A model generated the notes under the pieces. It saw only the letters and a list, made by a program, of their open reading frames with translations, was not told the DNA's origin and searched no databases. Made by a program: the position numbers and the translations under genes. From contig OZ210885.1 of NCBI GenBank assembly GCA_964658305.1, forward strand, positions 1,240,001-1,304,000: a stretch of 64,000 bases of DNA, read 5' to 3'. The stretch comes from Leptogorgia sarmentosa. Taxonomy: Eukaryota. Of the stretch, positions 13,775 to 27,672 are shown in pieces (the first letter of the stretch is position 1; each line of letters opens with the position of its first letter).

Positions 13775-15075
13775 GGGTGTGGGTAAAATGCGGACGGACG
13801 AAAGGGTAAAATGCGGATATGCGTTAAAAAACGTTGAAAAACGTTTTAAAAGCTCCATCCGCATTTTACCTCAAAGGGTAAAATGCGGATATGGTCCACA
13901 AAGCGTTCAAAAACGTTTTCATATATGGCCATATAAGGCCACGCAAAGAGGCCAACACCTCCAGCTTGCCAAACTAGAATGGAATGTCCCATCGCGCCTT
14001 CGACCCAACCACCAATACAACTGCAAGGTGGTGCATACTTCCCACCAGGATCATATAATGCTTCTCCGCTTTGGCGACCACCATCATCTCAACCTCCCCA
14101 ACCACCAGGGGTGCAACCTTATGCACAGTTTCCTGTGAGCCAAGTGCCTGTGCTACCGCGTAGGTCCACACCTAAGCCAGCTCCCGGGACATTTGAGCTC
14201 CATTTCCTGTCTATGTGTCCAGCACAAACGCGTGTTTGTTTCCGGTGTTCGCGGACTCTGAAGCCCGGTGATAGTATTCCTGCTCCACCACACGACCTAG
14301 CAGTTGTATCGTTTATGTTCCGCGAGTTCTTTCTCCGGACAACAGGCGAACTCGTCAACCGAGAGGGAAATGTTTACTTCCACCTGAATTTGAAGTGTGT
14401 GCGTTTGAAGCAACCAGGTTTTCAACCCGTCATGCTTAAAATTGCAACCAGTGTGGCCTCACGACTGACAGAGGGGCATGTGGCCCTTTTAAGACAACTT
14501 GGCTTTAAAATTTGGAGTATAGAATAGTTGATATAATGCTTTCAAAGAACGCTTCCAAATTTAGAATAGTTGATAGAATAGTTGAAATAATGTTATGTTT
14601 ATTATTATGTTTAGTTACGAAAGGACCAGCAATTAAATCTCTCTGTTAAATAATCTCATGACTTTTTAATACATTTGTATACCATACTATCAAGGCCGTA
14701 TAACTAGACCGATAATTGGTGGGTATATTCATACATTCGTGTTCTGCCAACATTTTTGAACGCTCTGTAGACCATATCCGCATTTTACCCTTTGGGGTAA
14801 AATGCGGATGGAGCTTTTAAAACGTTTTTGAACGCTCTGTGGACCATATCCGCATTTTACCCCAAAGGGTAAAATGCGGATGGAGCTTTTAAAACGTTTT
14901 TGAACGCTCTGTGGACCATATCCGCATTTTACCCTTTGGGGTAAAATGCGGATGGAGCTTTTAAAACGTTTTTTAACGCATATCCGCATTTTACCCTTTC
15001 GTCCGTCCGTCCGCATCCATCCGTCCGTCCGTCCGCGGCCATCCGTCCGTCCGCATCCGCATTTTACCCATACCC
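13775..15075 (+). mobile_element. Internally deleted Mutator-like (MULE) DNA transposon
   Basis: Perfect 10-bp TSD AATTAACTAT (13765-13774 and 15076-15085). Termini GGGTGTGGGTAAAATGCGGA / TCCGCATTTTACCCATACCC. TIRs are built of repeated GGGTAAAATGCGGAT palindromes, with ~74-bp tandem units at the right end. Confidence 0.85.
13979..14527 (+). pseudogene. 3' ORF remnant inside the MULE: Pro-rich linker plus CxxC...HxxxxC zinc-finger-like domain
   Basis: VCFRCSRTLK...PAPPHDLAVV...NVYFHLNLKCV. Lies between the TIRs; no DDE core present. Confidence 0.55.
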
Positions 15076-18000
15076 AATTAACTATTCGAATAGCAGGAAA
15101 TAGATTCGAATTGCTGCCAAATAATTATGAAAGTATTGAGCAGATCCCGGACAAAACATTCACCTTATGAAATCTGTTTTACTCCGCAGCTATTAAGCCA
15201 GAATGTGAAACAGTTATATATCATTGGCAAGACCTTTATAGGCCTATTGATAACATTTTAATTTTCAACAACTGAAAGGATTGTAAGACAGGAGAACAAT
15301 TGTCCTCTGCTTTTTTTATATTAGCTTTTTGAATAATTATGATAGTGTTTAGAATAAATTCCGCAAATGTAAATCGAATAAATTCCGCAAATTGTAAATG
15401 ACGTGTGTGGTGCTCATTCAGGAGCAGCGCTCTTTGAATTTTCCGTTCTCAGATGCCGCGCTTGTCGGGGGCGGCGCTCAAACGAGTAAATACTATATAT
15501 GGTGTTATTAAATTTAATGAAGTGGGTCGTTCCAAAAAGGATCCATACCTCACCCACAGAGGAAATTTCTGCTGTCTAGAAACGGGTGAGAAGTAGTACG
15601 TTAACATAACAATGCAATGTTAATTATTTTATCTACGATGCATTTTGTTTCTCTATGGTTGCAATGCATTCTGGTACTGTGGTACATGGCCACATTTTCT
15701 CAGCCATATTGTACATCAGCAATTAATACGGTGATTGTATAGAGATACTTACAAGCTTTGTCACAACACTGAAAGAAAAACATTACAAATTGTGCCCAGG
15801 AATCACGGCCAACAACTGTAATCCCAAAGGTCCTGTCACTATGTTTTTACTGTAATGTATGGAATTTGTTATGAAAATGACTGTGTTACCATATATTATT
15901 TATTTTTTACTTTTCGTACATTATAATATAATAATTCTTTATCACGTAGAAATTACCTGGCATAAATAGCGTACGTGAGCATGTCATTATAAATGGTGGA
16001 GGTTATTCCAGATAGCTAGCTGAAGCAATATTATATAAAGTCAAAGAGACTGAAAGAGGGTCTTAACTGAGAATAATATAAATATGTATATATAAAAGAG
16101 CACTTAGCCATAAATGTATCGAGAGCACTCAAAGACTGCATACCACGCTCCATTTTTTTCTTGACTAAGTATTAAACATTCAAAATATGCCAAGCAACGA
16201 AAATTTTATTTCGCAAATTTCTCCCTTAATTCTCAATCAAATTGAGCCAAAATTTAATAAACTTTTCTTTGGGCATAGGTAAATGTACATATACAAACGA
16301 AGACACGATTACATAACTTGACCTCCGGGTTGAGAGGTAACAATAATAATAAATACGTTCTAGTTGTATTCATGGAGTTAGTTCATATCACTTTATTTTA
16401 ATCAATTGATCATCAATAATTGTTTTAATCAAATCTAATCAATAGATAATCATAACAATACACTTACGACGTACGTCAGTAACTTTCAAATTCTTGCCTA
16501 CTGTGCATTAATAGGCCAACAAGAACACCAAAATCGTGAAAAACTTTTTATTATATGATCGACATCTTGGCACGACTTTTTGTGTCTGTCTCAAAGCCTT
16601 TTCAGAAAATAATCATAAACATTGACCTTGTAATGAACAGCATTCAATTTTCACAATTATCAGCAGCTAATGGTGTGCTTTGGTTTAAGAGCAAAGTAGT
16701 GCCTCTTAAACCCCTTAAACTCGTGACGTTGTGCAAAATAGGTATCTGCGCGTATGCTTCCAGCGGTGATCAATTTTACTTAAACTTGTCAATCTACGCA
16801 ACTTAAAATGTCACCTTGCATGTATAAATATTAACAAACACTCGCTACCCAATCAGGTTTGAGTTCCTGTAGGGTAATTCAACGACTGACTTCCGTTTTT
16901 TGGTACGCGAATATGTATATTTGCCGAAATATTGTCATTCCTTCGAGAATTTTAGAGAGAATTTACGCTATTTGGTGAAAGCATAATTGTTTTGAGAATT
17001 ACACGGTGTCCTTCCTCCAAGGGATGTCGATTAATTTCGAAAGAGATACATTTAAAGGCAAAAAACTCGAGGACAGTCTGTGTGACATATTCATACCATG
17101 TCTGGTCGCAATGTTTCCGTCCTATACAGCAGGGACCGCGGGTCTTGGCTGCAGAGGCGGGGGGGGGGGAACCCTGCCCGATACATTTCGGAAAATGTAG
17201 TGACGGGAGACTGAATTCATGATAACTCTAAGCTATCCAACTTATTTACGCCATTATGAGGTAATCTAGCCGATCAGACAATCACTTATAACTATGGGGA
17301 TTATTATATAAATTTATAATAATATTATATAAATTTTGTCTCTTAAACTTAATTCAATATTACACGCTAACGTTTTATAGCATATACAACAAAGGTCAAA
17401 CTGGGGGGGGGGGAATATAATTGGGGGACGACACGCATGCGTGTCAACCATGAAGTTTCAAAATTCAAAATTCGATTTGAATTTTGTTTTTCCTTGTTAC
17501 CTTACAGCAATCGGTCATATAATCCATACGATCATACTTATATGCTATAACAAAACACTTATGTTAACTGAATCGAACACTTGAACCTGGCGGAGACACA
17601 GTGTTGTTATCGGCCGAGCTCGTTGTGAAACTCACCGTTCCTCTCGTTTCCCTCGTTCTTCGGTTCTGTTTTAAGACGTTCGTGAAGTTTTAATTTATGT
17701 TTAAATAAGCAATTTCGTCAGACGCAGCTTAGGCACCAAGGCGATACGTGACTTGGGTTAATCAACACTGAATTCTTTACGTGATTCGATAATACGTGAC
17801 AACCGGTACCTTAATCGAGAGCGGTATTTTTTTAATTTTATACATCACGTACGAGTAGTTCGCTGTAATAGCATATCTCAGGGCAAAACAGAGTCCAAAA
17901 TCTTGAAATCCATGTTCCTTTTTTACTCTCGAGTTTAAAAATGGCTTTCGATTTTCCTTTTTTTCAGTCGCGAGTTTGCAAAAAACACGCGTGAGCGACA

Positions 18001-19559
18001 CGAAGTCCTTGAACCAATGAAAATCTTCGTTGAATCGTTTCACGCGTGGGTTCATGGTCATGCCACGCGCACTGCCAGTGGGTTCGTCATTTATAATTAA
18101 ATTCATTGCTATAATATGTCGTTCGTTCCGTGTTCGACAGTGGTTTATTAGTGTAAAAATTTGGTTTTTGTTGATGAACATTAAATCTGTGGACTCAGCG
18201 ATGTGCCTGGTAATTACACACGCCAAATGTGGTTGGAATTCACAAAAGGAAGGCGAGCGACTCCGCGACGCTTTAATCAAACCCCAAGTAGCCCGAGTGA
18301 ACGCCTGATACGCGTCTTGTTCCCTTAAATATCGGGTAATCTGACCTGTAGAACTATTTCCAGTGCCTTTGATTACCGCGGGTGCATTTTCGTATGTTTT
18401 TTAATGAGTTTTGGTAAAGTCAATTCCGGTTTTATTCGTCGCGACATAAAACACGCAACCTCGTTCCCAGACACGCCCGGTTCTCGACGAATTTTTTATT
18501 TATACCCATGTAAACAGATAGAAATATAATAATTTCTACGGCGATTTCATTGGTACTACTCCGAAGAACTGAATATCAGTGATAGCTAGCAGAGTTATGA
18601 TCGAACTTGAAAATATGCATCTAAATTAGTATTCCGGTTCACATTTTCTGTGATGTATATTCCAATGGCTTCAAGTAATCATAATTTCCTTGTATTGCAT
18701 TGTTGCCATTGTATATGTATGAACATCGCTTGAATATTGGATGTGTCCTTGTTGGGTGAGCAAAACCAAAGATACGGCCAATTATAGCCATAGGTCGAAT
18801 TCGACCTCAATTAATATAGCGCTGGAAAATAATGTTTGTTATATAGCTATTGCAACATAAGTGCGCCTAAACAAGATCCTCTCTAATCGAACCCCAAAGC
18901 TAACGCTAACCATTAATAAATCCCTAGATTTATATATTAAAAAACTAAACGATATATTAGCACAAAACATTGAAACCTGCGGCGGGCTAGAATTAAATTA
19001 TTTAATTATATCGTTTTGGCCTTATTTCAATTTTTAACCGCGATCTTGAATATGATTAGATTAAACCTGCGAACAGGAACAACAAAAGCATAGACAAAAA
19101 AGCTCGCTGCTGATTGGCTACTTCAACAGAATATATCCAGTTGTCGTGCTGTGACAAAAACCGTTCATGGGTGGGCCATCTGTGCAGTGCTCTGTACGCA
19201 TTTCATGTTGCGCAATAGATCGAGAGCAATTTACAAATCGAAACGCCGATAAAACAGCACGCTGCCGATTCAAATGCTTTGTTAAATTACAACTGCACAT
19301 TTACAGGGACCTGCAAAGTCAAGATTGTTTGCTTAAACCGTCGTACTTAAACACTGCACTTCACATTTTCGCAAAAATCCCATCGAAACATCGCCTTCAC
19401 TACTCGAAGGCCGCCATCTTGCATTACGTCATTATAAGCAAAAGCTCGTCGCTGATTGGCTACAAGCAAACAGCTAACAGGATCATAGCAAAGTATCAGC
19501 GAATTCGCAGATACAAAAACGAGTAGAGTGGCCAATCAAATTACACAATTAGAAGTAGA

Positions 19560-19901
19560 ACTAGGAGTTACTATCGCAAGAAAAGTGCTGCCGTAGCGCA
19601 CAAATTTTAAAATCCCGGCTCGGTTATAGAATACCTGTCCACTTTTGAAACAGTGACATGCTATCGTGATACGATGATACGAAATCAAAAAAATCACGCA
19701 TGTAATATATCCGAGTTTTTAAAAAGCCTGGGCAAGATACATTTTTTTATTAACGATCACAGGAAGTGAAATGTGATATACCCGAGTGTTCAGAAAGCAC
19801 GCGTTTGACAGCCCTTCGTAATACGATCATACAAAGTGATTAAGTTTACCACGTTTATGTCTCGTTCGTTAAAAGACAATCGCAAGCTCAACATAATAAT
19901 T
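19560..19901 (-). repeat. Helitron/HINE-like 3' segment; direct repeat of 22080-22401
   Basis: ACTAGGAGTTACTATCGCAAG...AAAGACAATCGCAAGCTCAACATAATAAT is present at both loci. The minus strand ends in CTAGT. Confidence 0.6.
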
Positions 19902-20186
19902 CAAAATGCGATTCGATACGCATATTGTGTTTATGTCTCATACAGCACGCTAGTTAGGGTGAAGGTTTACTGTTACGGTTAGTGTTCACTATACTATTAG
20001 TAATGGTATAGTAATTAAACACTAACCTTAACAGTGTGTCTATTAGGGCTAGCAATATATAGTTGTATAGCAATATGTCTGCGAGACTGCGTGCGCAGAT
20101 ACAAAAATATGGTTTGATTCCTCCACCCTCAAAAAATTGTACTGTTCCCCAGAATTAAGACAATCGGAAGAAAGGGCAGACACCAG

Positions 20187-20414
20187 GGGCCGGTTGTATC
20201 AAAGGCGTCAAGCTTAAGCGCTGGATAAGTCGAAAATATCCAACGAAATTATGAAGTATTGACTACAAGGAGACTAAACTTTTCTGTGTAAACATAACAA
20301 CTATGCATAGAGATAGAACTACACATTTAGATGATAAAATTTAAATTCAATTATTTACAAAATGAATAGAAGTGTTTTTAAAATTTTGCTTAAACGTCTC
20401 TGATACAACGGCCG
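20187..20414. mobile_element. GGCC-terminated MITE (PIF/Harbinger-like), degenerate copy of 48518-48756
   Basis: GGCCGGTTGTATCAAAGGCG...TGATACAACGGCC, with internal homology to 48518-48756. Confidence 0.6.
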
Positions 20415-20937
20415 AACGCGAGCACATGGATTATGGAAATCGATGAGCAAAAACATGCGCGCGCAGCACAAATTATTGTTCGACCGCACCCCTCATTTTC
20501 TAAAATGACCTGGAGGTTGCGAAATTCCCCTGGAATTATCATCCGGACAGAAACAAATCGAGATTTCGACTATACATAGTTCCGCGCAAAAGACTGGGTC
20601 GAGTATCAGTATTATTCTACTATTTTTTTAATAAATGCGTGATAAAAACTGGGGGACATAAATTCTGGACAAAAAGCGAGCATAATACGCAGAAATTTCC
20701 ACGTGGCAGTTAAATATTTGGCAACCAGCGACCGAACGCGTTAAGTATAGTCCCATATTTAGGGTTAGCTTTAGTTTAGGTTCATTTATTGCTTCCAAAC
20801 CAATACTTTAGTGATAGATTTAGGGGCAACCTGGACTTTTTAGCATGTCCGATTGCGCTTTCCGACGACTCATCCGTCAGTTCTGCTTCACCATTCGCAG
20901 ATACATGTGCGCTTTGCGAACCTATTTTTCTATTTGT

Positions 20938-21160
20938 TAATTACCTCCGCCAGGAGGTTATGTAATCATTTTGGTTTGTTTGTGTGTGTGTGTGTCCACT
21001 GTGAACACGATAACTTTAGAAATAACGAAATAAGAAATAAAACTTTCGCTGCTTTATTTTATGCGTAATGAAGTTCATATTCTGATTAATGAAGTGAAAT
21101 GTGGTGTCGGCGAAATTTGTTGCTGGCGGAGGTATGCAGTCTTTGAATGTCCTCTAGTTA
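20938..21160 (+). mobile_element. Short HINE-like element (ACCTCCGCC family)
   Basis: TTACCTCCGCCAGGAGGTTATG, (GT)n tract, subterminal inverted GGCGGAGGT, ends CTCTAGTT. Confidence 0.65.
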
Positions 21161-22694
21161 GACATTTTAATTATCGAGCTTTTTCTCACGACTTTATTGC
21201 AGTCTTCCGCGCCGATCTATGTATTGTCGAAAAGTCCATCTTTTCTCGGTGTCTCCATTTCCGGGATGACAGTGGACAGATCAAACAGTGAAAAGATCGA
21301 CTTTTCGACAATACATAGCTCGGCGTGGAAGACTGGGTCCAGTGACGTCAAGAATAGTGTGCTGCCTCGCTGGCGCTCGGCAGCAATTACGTAATTATTT
21401 TGACTTCGTATCGTTAAACAGTTTCAAAAGTAGACGGGTATTTTATAACCCAGCCGGAATTTTGTCAATTCAAAGATCGAGTATACAGCTTACGTAACCT
21501 TTACGAAAACAAAGGCACTTTAACTTAAGTGGATCAGTCAATCAGATTTGACTCCACTACCAGTATGTACTTGAAGCACATATATATACTTATATATATA
21601 CGTAAAAACATTAAATGTGTATAAACTTTACCTGTTGTGATTGTTGGTATGTGATTTTTCAGTGGAATATATTATCTGTTCAACGGAAACGCTTGAACAC
21701 TTGACATGAGAGTTCGTCTGTACTCGAAATGTAGCTAAATAGCTAACTATGCACAAAATAATTAGCTTACCGAATCAAATATTTACACACTTAATTAGCA
21801 ATTTCCTGATTCCTCGATATCCTGTGTGTCAAATTTCATTTCATCTCCAGTATTTTTCAGTTTTGTCTAAAAGTTTTTAAAATCGTGAAAACGAGAAGAT
21901 ATTTCATGTGCGAAACTGACGAATCATTAATAGAATATTAAGTAAAGGTATACTGAAGATAACCGCATGTTGTATGCATGCTGTCATACATTGCTGCGTC
22001 ATTGTAATCTTATATTCTTATTTGACTTAATTGGACTTTGCCCCTCGTATGATCTTGATATAATGATATTTTAGATATAACTAGGAGTTACTATCGCAAG
22101 GAAAGTGTTCCGTAACGCACAAATTCAAAATTCCGGGGCTGGGTTAGGTCATGATACGAATACGATGATACGAAGTCAAAATAATCACGTAATGTAATGT
22201 ATCCGAGTTTTTAAAAAGCCTGGACATACATTTTTTCGTAATACGATGACAGGAAGTGAAATGTGATATACCCAAGTATTCAGAAAGCAGCGTGTGACAG
22301 CCTTCGTGATACGATCATACGAAGACAAAATTATTACCGATTAAGTTTACCACGTTTATGGCTCGTTCTTTAAAAGACAATCGCAAGCTCAACATAATAA
22401 TTAACTAGGGCATTCAAAGACTGCATACCTCCGCCAACAGCAAATTTCGCTGACACCACATTTTACGCTTGATTAAGCATTTAAAATAGCAATTTTATTT
22501 AAAGCATTTTACATACAGTCATATGTGTGTGTGTTGGTCTGTGAACACGATAACTTTAGAAATAACGACAACATTTGGCCACAAAACTTTGCACAATTGT
22601 TTGCCATTGCACAAGGAAGAGATAATTAAATTTTGGTTCAATTTGGTTGAGAATCAAGTCAAAAATTTATGAAATAAAACTTTCGCTGCTTTAG

Positions 22695-25600
22695 TTTTTG
22701 TATCTGCGTGACGTAGTGACGCAGATATATTGCTATCGTGTTGTTAGCTGTAACTGTAACTGTAACTGTAACTGTAACTGTAACTGTAACTGTAACTGTA
22801 ACTGTAACCGTGCCTGTAGCCAATCAGAGCTTCGTGCTGTTAGCTTCTAGCCAATCAGAGCTTCGTGCTGTTAGCTTGTAGCCAATCAGAGCAGAGCTTT
22901 TCGCATGTCGATTCTGAATTCTGATGTCCCGCCATTTGCAAATACTCCGAACTTCGAAGCTTGCTTGGTAAATCGTTTAAAATATTGTACTTTTTTCTCA
23001 TTTCTATCCTACTTTTGTCGCCATTTTATACGGATACCTATCTTGATCTGGTAAGTGTAAACATGACAGAATTACAGCAGGTTTTACGGGTTGTTTGGAT
23101 ATCAAAAGTAGGATAGAAATGAGACACTGCGTGCCGCAGACTTATACGCAGATACGCAAAAATATCACGACGCAAATTACACATTGGCATTGCTTTTAAG
23201 GATATTAAAGAGGTTTGCTACGGAATTTAGATCATCAAAGCAGAAATATCATGACGCAAATTATACATTGTATTACCTTAAACACAGCGAAATGAGCGAA
23301 TATTATACACGTTTCGATTGAAAGAGGTTTATGTCTTGACAAAATTACTCGTATATTTTCCCTACGATACTTTAGCGTGTCCGGCACTGACACAGTGACA
23401 CATTTGTACATGTTTGGACTACACACGTTGTCATTGTGATCACGGAATATCTACTATATTTTGACGCTTCGCCATACAGAATGGTTGAAACATTCAATCC
23501 CAGGAAAATAGATTTTGTAGCTTGTAATAAAACGCGTTTGTTAAGCGCGAGACAAAAGAAACGAAATCCTATATAACTATTATACGTATTTTGAATCTAC
23601 GCGCATACCGACCATACACTTGACCGTCTAGGCAAATGCTGCATGAATGGATAGAATATAGCGCATATAAATATATTATTATAATATGGTTTTGAAAAGA
23701 GTAAATTTGGTTTATAGAAAGCTACATTTTTCACAAACAATCGCAAAGCGCTGTCTATTAAGGATGCAATAGCATAAAATGCGATATCATATTTCGTCAA
23801 GTTTAAATTCATTATGCAATTTGATATGAATCGCGCGAATTCCGGAATGCGAGAAGTCATGAAAGCTTATATCAAGTATTGAGTACGTCTCACGTCTTAA
23901 CCATGCACAACCTCACGTCAAAAAATAAATAAGTATTTGCGCTATTCGCCTGTTCCCTAGCAATAAATCATTTTATACATCGCTGGTAGCCAAGCTACAT
24001 AGGCGCAGATACATGTACACTTTGTGTACCTATTTTTGTATCTGCGTGACGTAGTGACGCAGATATATTGCTATCGTCTTGTAACTGTAGCTGTAACTGT
24101 AACTGTGACTGTAACTGTGACCGTAACCGTGCTTGCAGCCAATCAGAGCTTCGTGCTGTTACCTTCTAGCCAATCAGAGCAGAGCTTTTCGCATATCGAT
24201 AATTTCCGATGTTGATTTCGTGCGGCGTCGTGTCTCATGTTCGCCATTTGTAAATACTTCGAAGCGACCAAATCGTTTAAAATATTGTACTTTTTTTCTC
24301 ATTTCTATCCTATTTTTGTCGCCATTTTATACGGAGACCTATCTTGATCTGGTAAGTGCAAACATGACAGAATTACAGCAGGTTTTACGGGTTGTTTGGA
24401 TATCAAAAGTAGGATAGAAATGAGACACTGCGTGCCGCAGATTTATACGCAGATACGCAAAAATATCACGACGCAAATCATACATTGGCATTGCTTTTAA
24501 AGATATTAAAGAGGTTTGCTATGGAATTTAGATCATCAAAGCAGAAATATCATGACGCAAATTATACATTGTATTACCTTAAACACACACAGCGAAATGA
24601 GCGAAATGAACGAAATGAGCTTGTAATGAAACGCGTTTGTTAAGCGCGAGACAAAACAAACGAAATCATATATAGTTTCAAGTATTCTGTTTTGAACCTA
24701 CGCGCAATGTGCATACCGATCATACATACACTTTAGCGTCTACGCAAATGCGCATGAATGGACGGAATATATTGTGTATAAATATATTATTATAATACGG
24801 TATTGAAAAGGGTAAATTTGGTTTTTAGAGAGCCACATTTTTCACAAACAATCGCAAAGCGCTGTCTCAGTGTCTCTATTTTAAAGACGCAATAGCATAA
24901 AATGCGATATCATATTTCGTCAAGTTTGAATTCATTATGCAATTTGATATGAATCGCGCGAATTCCGGAATGCGAGAAGTCATGAAAACTTATATCAAGT
25001 ATTGAATACGTCTCACGTCTTAACCACGCACAACCTCACGTCTTGAAAGGAATAAGTATTTGCGCTATTCGCCTATTCTCTAGCAATAAATCATTTTATA
25101 CATCGCTGGTAACCAAGCTACATAGGCGCAGATACATGTACACTTTGTGTACCTATTTTTGTATCTGCGTGACGTAGTGACGCAGATATATTGCTATCGT
25201 GTTGTAACTGTAACTGTAAATGTAAATGTAAACTGTAACCGTGCTTGCAGCCAATCAGAGCTTCGTGCTGTTAGCTTGTAGCCAATCAGAGCAGAGCTTT
25301 TCGCATGTCGATTGTGATTTCTGATGTCCCGCCATTTGCAAATACTCCGAACTTCGAAGTTTGCTTGGTAAATCGTTTAAAATATTGTACTTTTTTCTCA
25401 TTTCTATCCTACTTTTGTCGCCATTTTATACGGACGCCTATCTTGATCTGGTAAGTGTAAACATGACAGAATTACAGCAGGTTTTACGGGTTGTTTGGAT
25501 ATCAAAAGTAGGATAGAAATGAGACACTGCGTGCCGCAGATTTATACGCAGATACGCAAAAATATCACGACGCAAATCATACATTGGCATTGCTTTTAAA

Positions 25601-25963
25601 GATAGATTAAGATTAAAGAGGTTTGCTATGGAATTTAGATCATCAAAGCAGAAATATGATGACGCAAATTATACATTGTATTACTTTAAACTACACGTTA
25701 TGATTGAAAGAGGTTTATGTCTTGACAAAATTGCTCGTATATTTTCCCTACGATACTTTAGCGTGTCGTCACTGACACATTTGTACATGTTTGGACTGCA
25801 CGCGGACCTGCGGTGTCATTGTGATCACGGAATTTCTACTATATTTGCTGCCGAGCGAAGCGAGGCAGCACACTATTCTTGACACGCGGTTGTTTCCCCA
25901 GAGTCTACTCGACCCAGTCTTTCGCGCGAGTTATGTATTGTCGAGATCGAGATCTTGTGTCTT

Positions 25964-26049
<86 letters not shown>

Positions 26050-26824
26050 CATAAAGATGTTTGTCGTATCCGGGGGCATAATTAAGCTTCAGGGACGTTT
26101 GTTAAAAGAGGGGAGCGGTCAGAATAATTAAGCTTCAGCCTTCAAGTACATAAACAAGATATTGTATTGCGCACGCGGCACGCATCTCCATGTGCTTCAA
26201 GAATCGAAAGGTTTTTTACAAAAGCGTTTCAAACGGATGCAAGATTGTGCTAATGTTTTATGCGTTGTGGTTTGGTATTTGGTATTTATGGCGATCCCAC
26301 ATATGATGCAAGCAATGTTCAGAATGCTAGCCCTAATAGACTGTTAGGGTTAGTGTTTACTATACTATTACTAATAGTATAGTAAACACTAGCTAACCCT
26401 AACAGTAAACCTTCACCCTAACTGGCGCGCTGTTGCTTTTTAAAGAACGGGACATAAACACAATATGCGCACTGAATCGCATTTTTAATTATTATGTTGA
26501 GCTTGCGATTAAAAAACATCGATATCATATGTCGTCAAGTTTGAATTCCTTTTGCAATTTGATATATGATCGCAGGAATTCCGGAATGCGAGATAGTTAT
26601 GAAAGCTTATATCAAGTATTGAATACGTCTCCGTACAACCTCATGTCATGAAAGGAATTAGTATTTGCGCTATTCGCCTATTCCCTAGCAGTAAACTATT
26701 TTATACATGCAAGATCGCGTATTAGGGACAGATAAGATGCGTGTATCGAAAAGCTGAAAATAAATAAGACTTGATCATAAAGCTACATAGGCGCAGAACA
26801 TGTACACTTTGTGTACCTATTTTT
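22695..26824 (+). mobile_element. Head-to-tail tandem array of three Helentron-associated (HINE/DINE-1-like) elements
   Basis: Units 22695-24037, 24033-25160 and 25156-26824 share T5 junctions (...GTGTACCTATTTTTGTATCTGCG...). Each has the subTIR, a (GTAACT)n tract and the 3' hairpin. Unit 3 carries foreign sequence from ~25843. Confidence 0.8.
25964..26048. repeat. (GTCT)n microsatellite within a nested HINE-like insert
   Basis: Direct reading. The insert begins with the hairpin TGCTGCC-GAGCGAAGCGA-GGCAGCA; its reverse complement recurs at ~21360-21386. Confidence 0.9.
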
Positions 26825-27071
26825 CAAATATGAATGCGTAATGAAGTGAATTCTATTGATATAATTTGTTTCTGCTTAATTAACGAAAAAAAAATTATTA
26901 CCCGGTGTCAGCCACGCAAATGGCAAACGTGAAATATATATAGCTCACCTTGACGTTGAAACGACAAACGACAAACGTGATTGCACCTGACGTTTGCTCT
27001 GTTTGCGGGAGAAAAATACTCCGCGGCGTTGTGGCCCATGCAGGCTGCCACGCCATGCTTATGTCGTCTTA

Positions 27072-27672
27072 AGGCGGATTTCCGTTCAGTGTAAAGTTTC
27101 GCGCGCGATCGATTAATTAGCGATCGCTTTTTGTTGCGTCTACGTTGCTAAGCAACGTAGAGGCTATGTAAGCGTAAAATTTCTGGCTGGCTGTGTTTCA
27201 ACAACGAATATGACGTATTTTGACGTCACGAGCTCTCAAGGTAAACACTAACACTGGAACGTTGTTATCTCTACCGATGATGTATCGAACTTTCGGCAAG
27301 TTAACTCGTGACGTATGCGATTTACTGTGGCGTGTTTCGCAAGTGTGCGTTGTTCTAACGTTCGTTTCGAAGGACTAATTTCCAAGCAGAGATTTCCAAG
27401 CTTCTGTAAAGCGATTTCTAAACGGGGTTTTCATTTACTATTTCGTGGGATTATACTTGTATTATATTTGACAATGTATTATATTTGATCATACGGCGAA
27501 TTTCAAATGCAAGGCATCAACGTAGACGCATGCACGCATCGTGCGTGCCTATTTTTTTATGAATTGTATGTAGTCACCAAAGCTAGTGAGATTCTTGACT
27601 GTTTGTATTTCAAAAGAAAACGATCGCTAAAAGTCGATCGCGCGACATTCTGCACTGAATGGAAATCCGCCT
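27072..27672. mobile_element. PIF/Harbinger-type MITE with TTA TSD
   Basis: TTA|AGGCGGATTTCCGTTCAGTG...CACTGAATGGAAATCCGCCT|TTA. Confidence 0.8.

Noticed and set aside
13596..14138. 180-aa ORF
   Set aside because: It crosses the transposon boundary and translates TIR repeats; no domain signal.
14750..15000. Regularly spaced palindromic repeats resembling a CRISPR array
   Set aside because: The 'spacers' are identical, the repeats are the subterminal part of a TSD-flanked transposon, there are no cas genes, and the context is eukaryotic.
17777..18308. 167-aa and 92-aa overlapping ORFs
   Set aside because: No recognisable motifs or splice-consistent partners; probably repeat-derived.
25791..26085. 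ORFs with CLSV/DRQT repeats
   Set aside because: These are translations of the (GTCT)n microsatellite.
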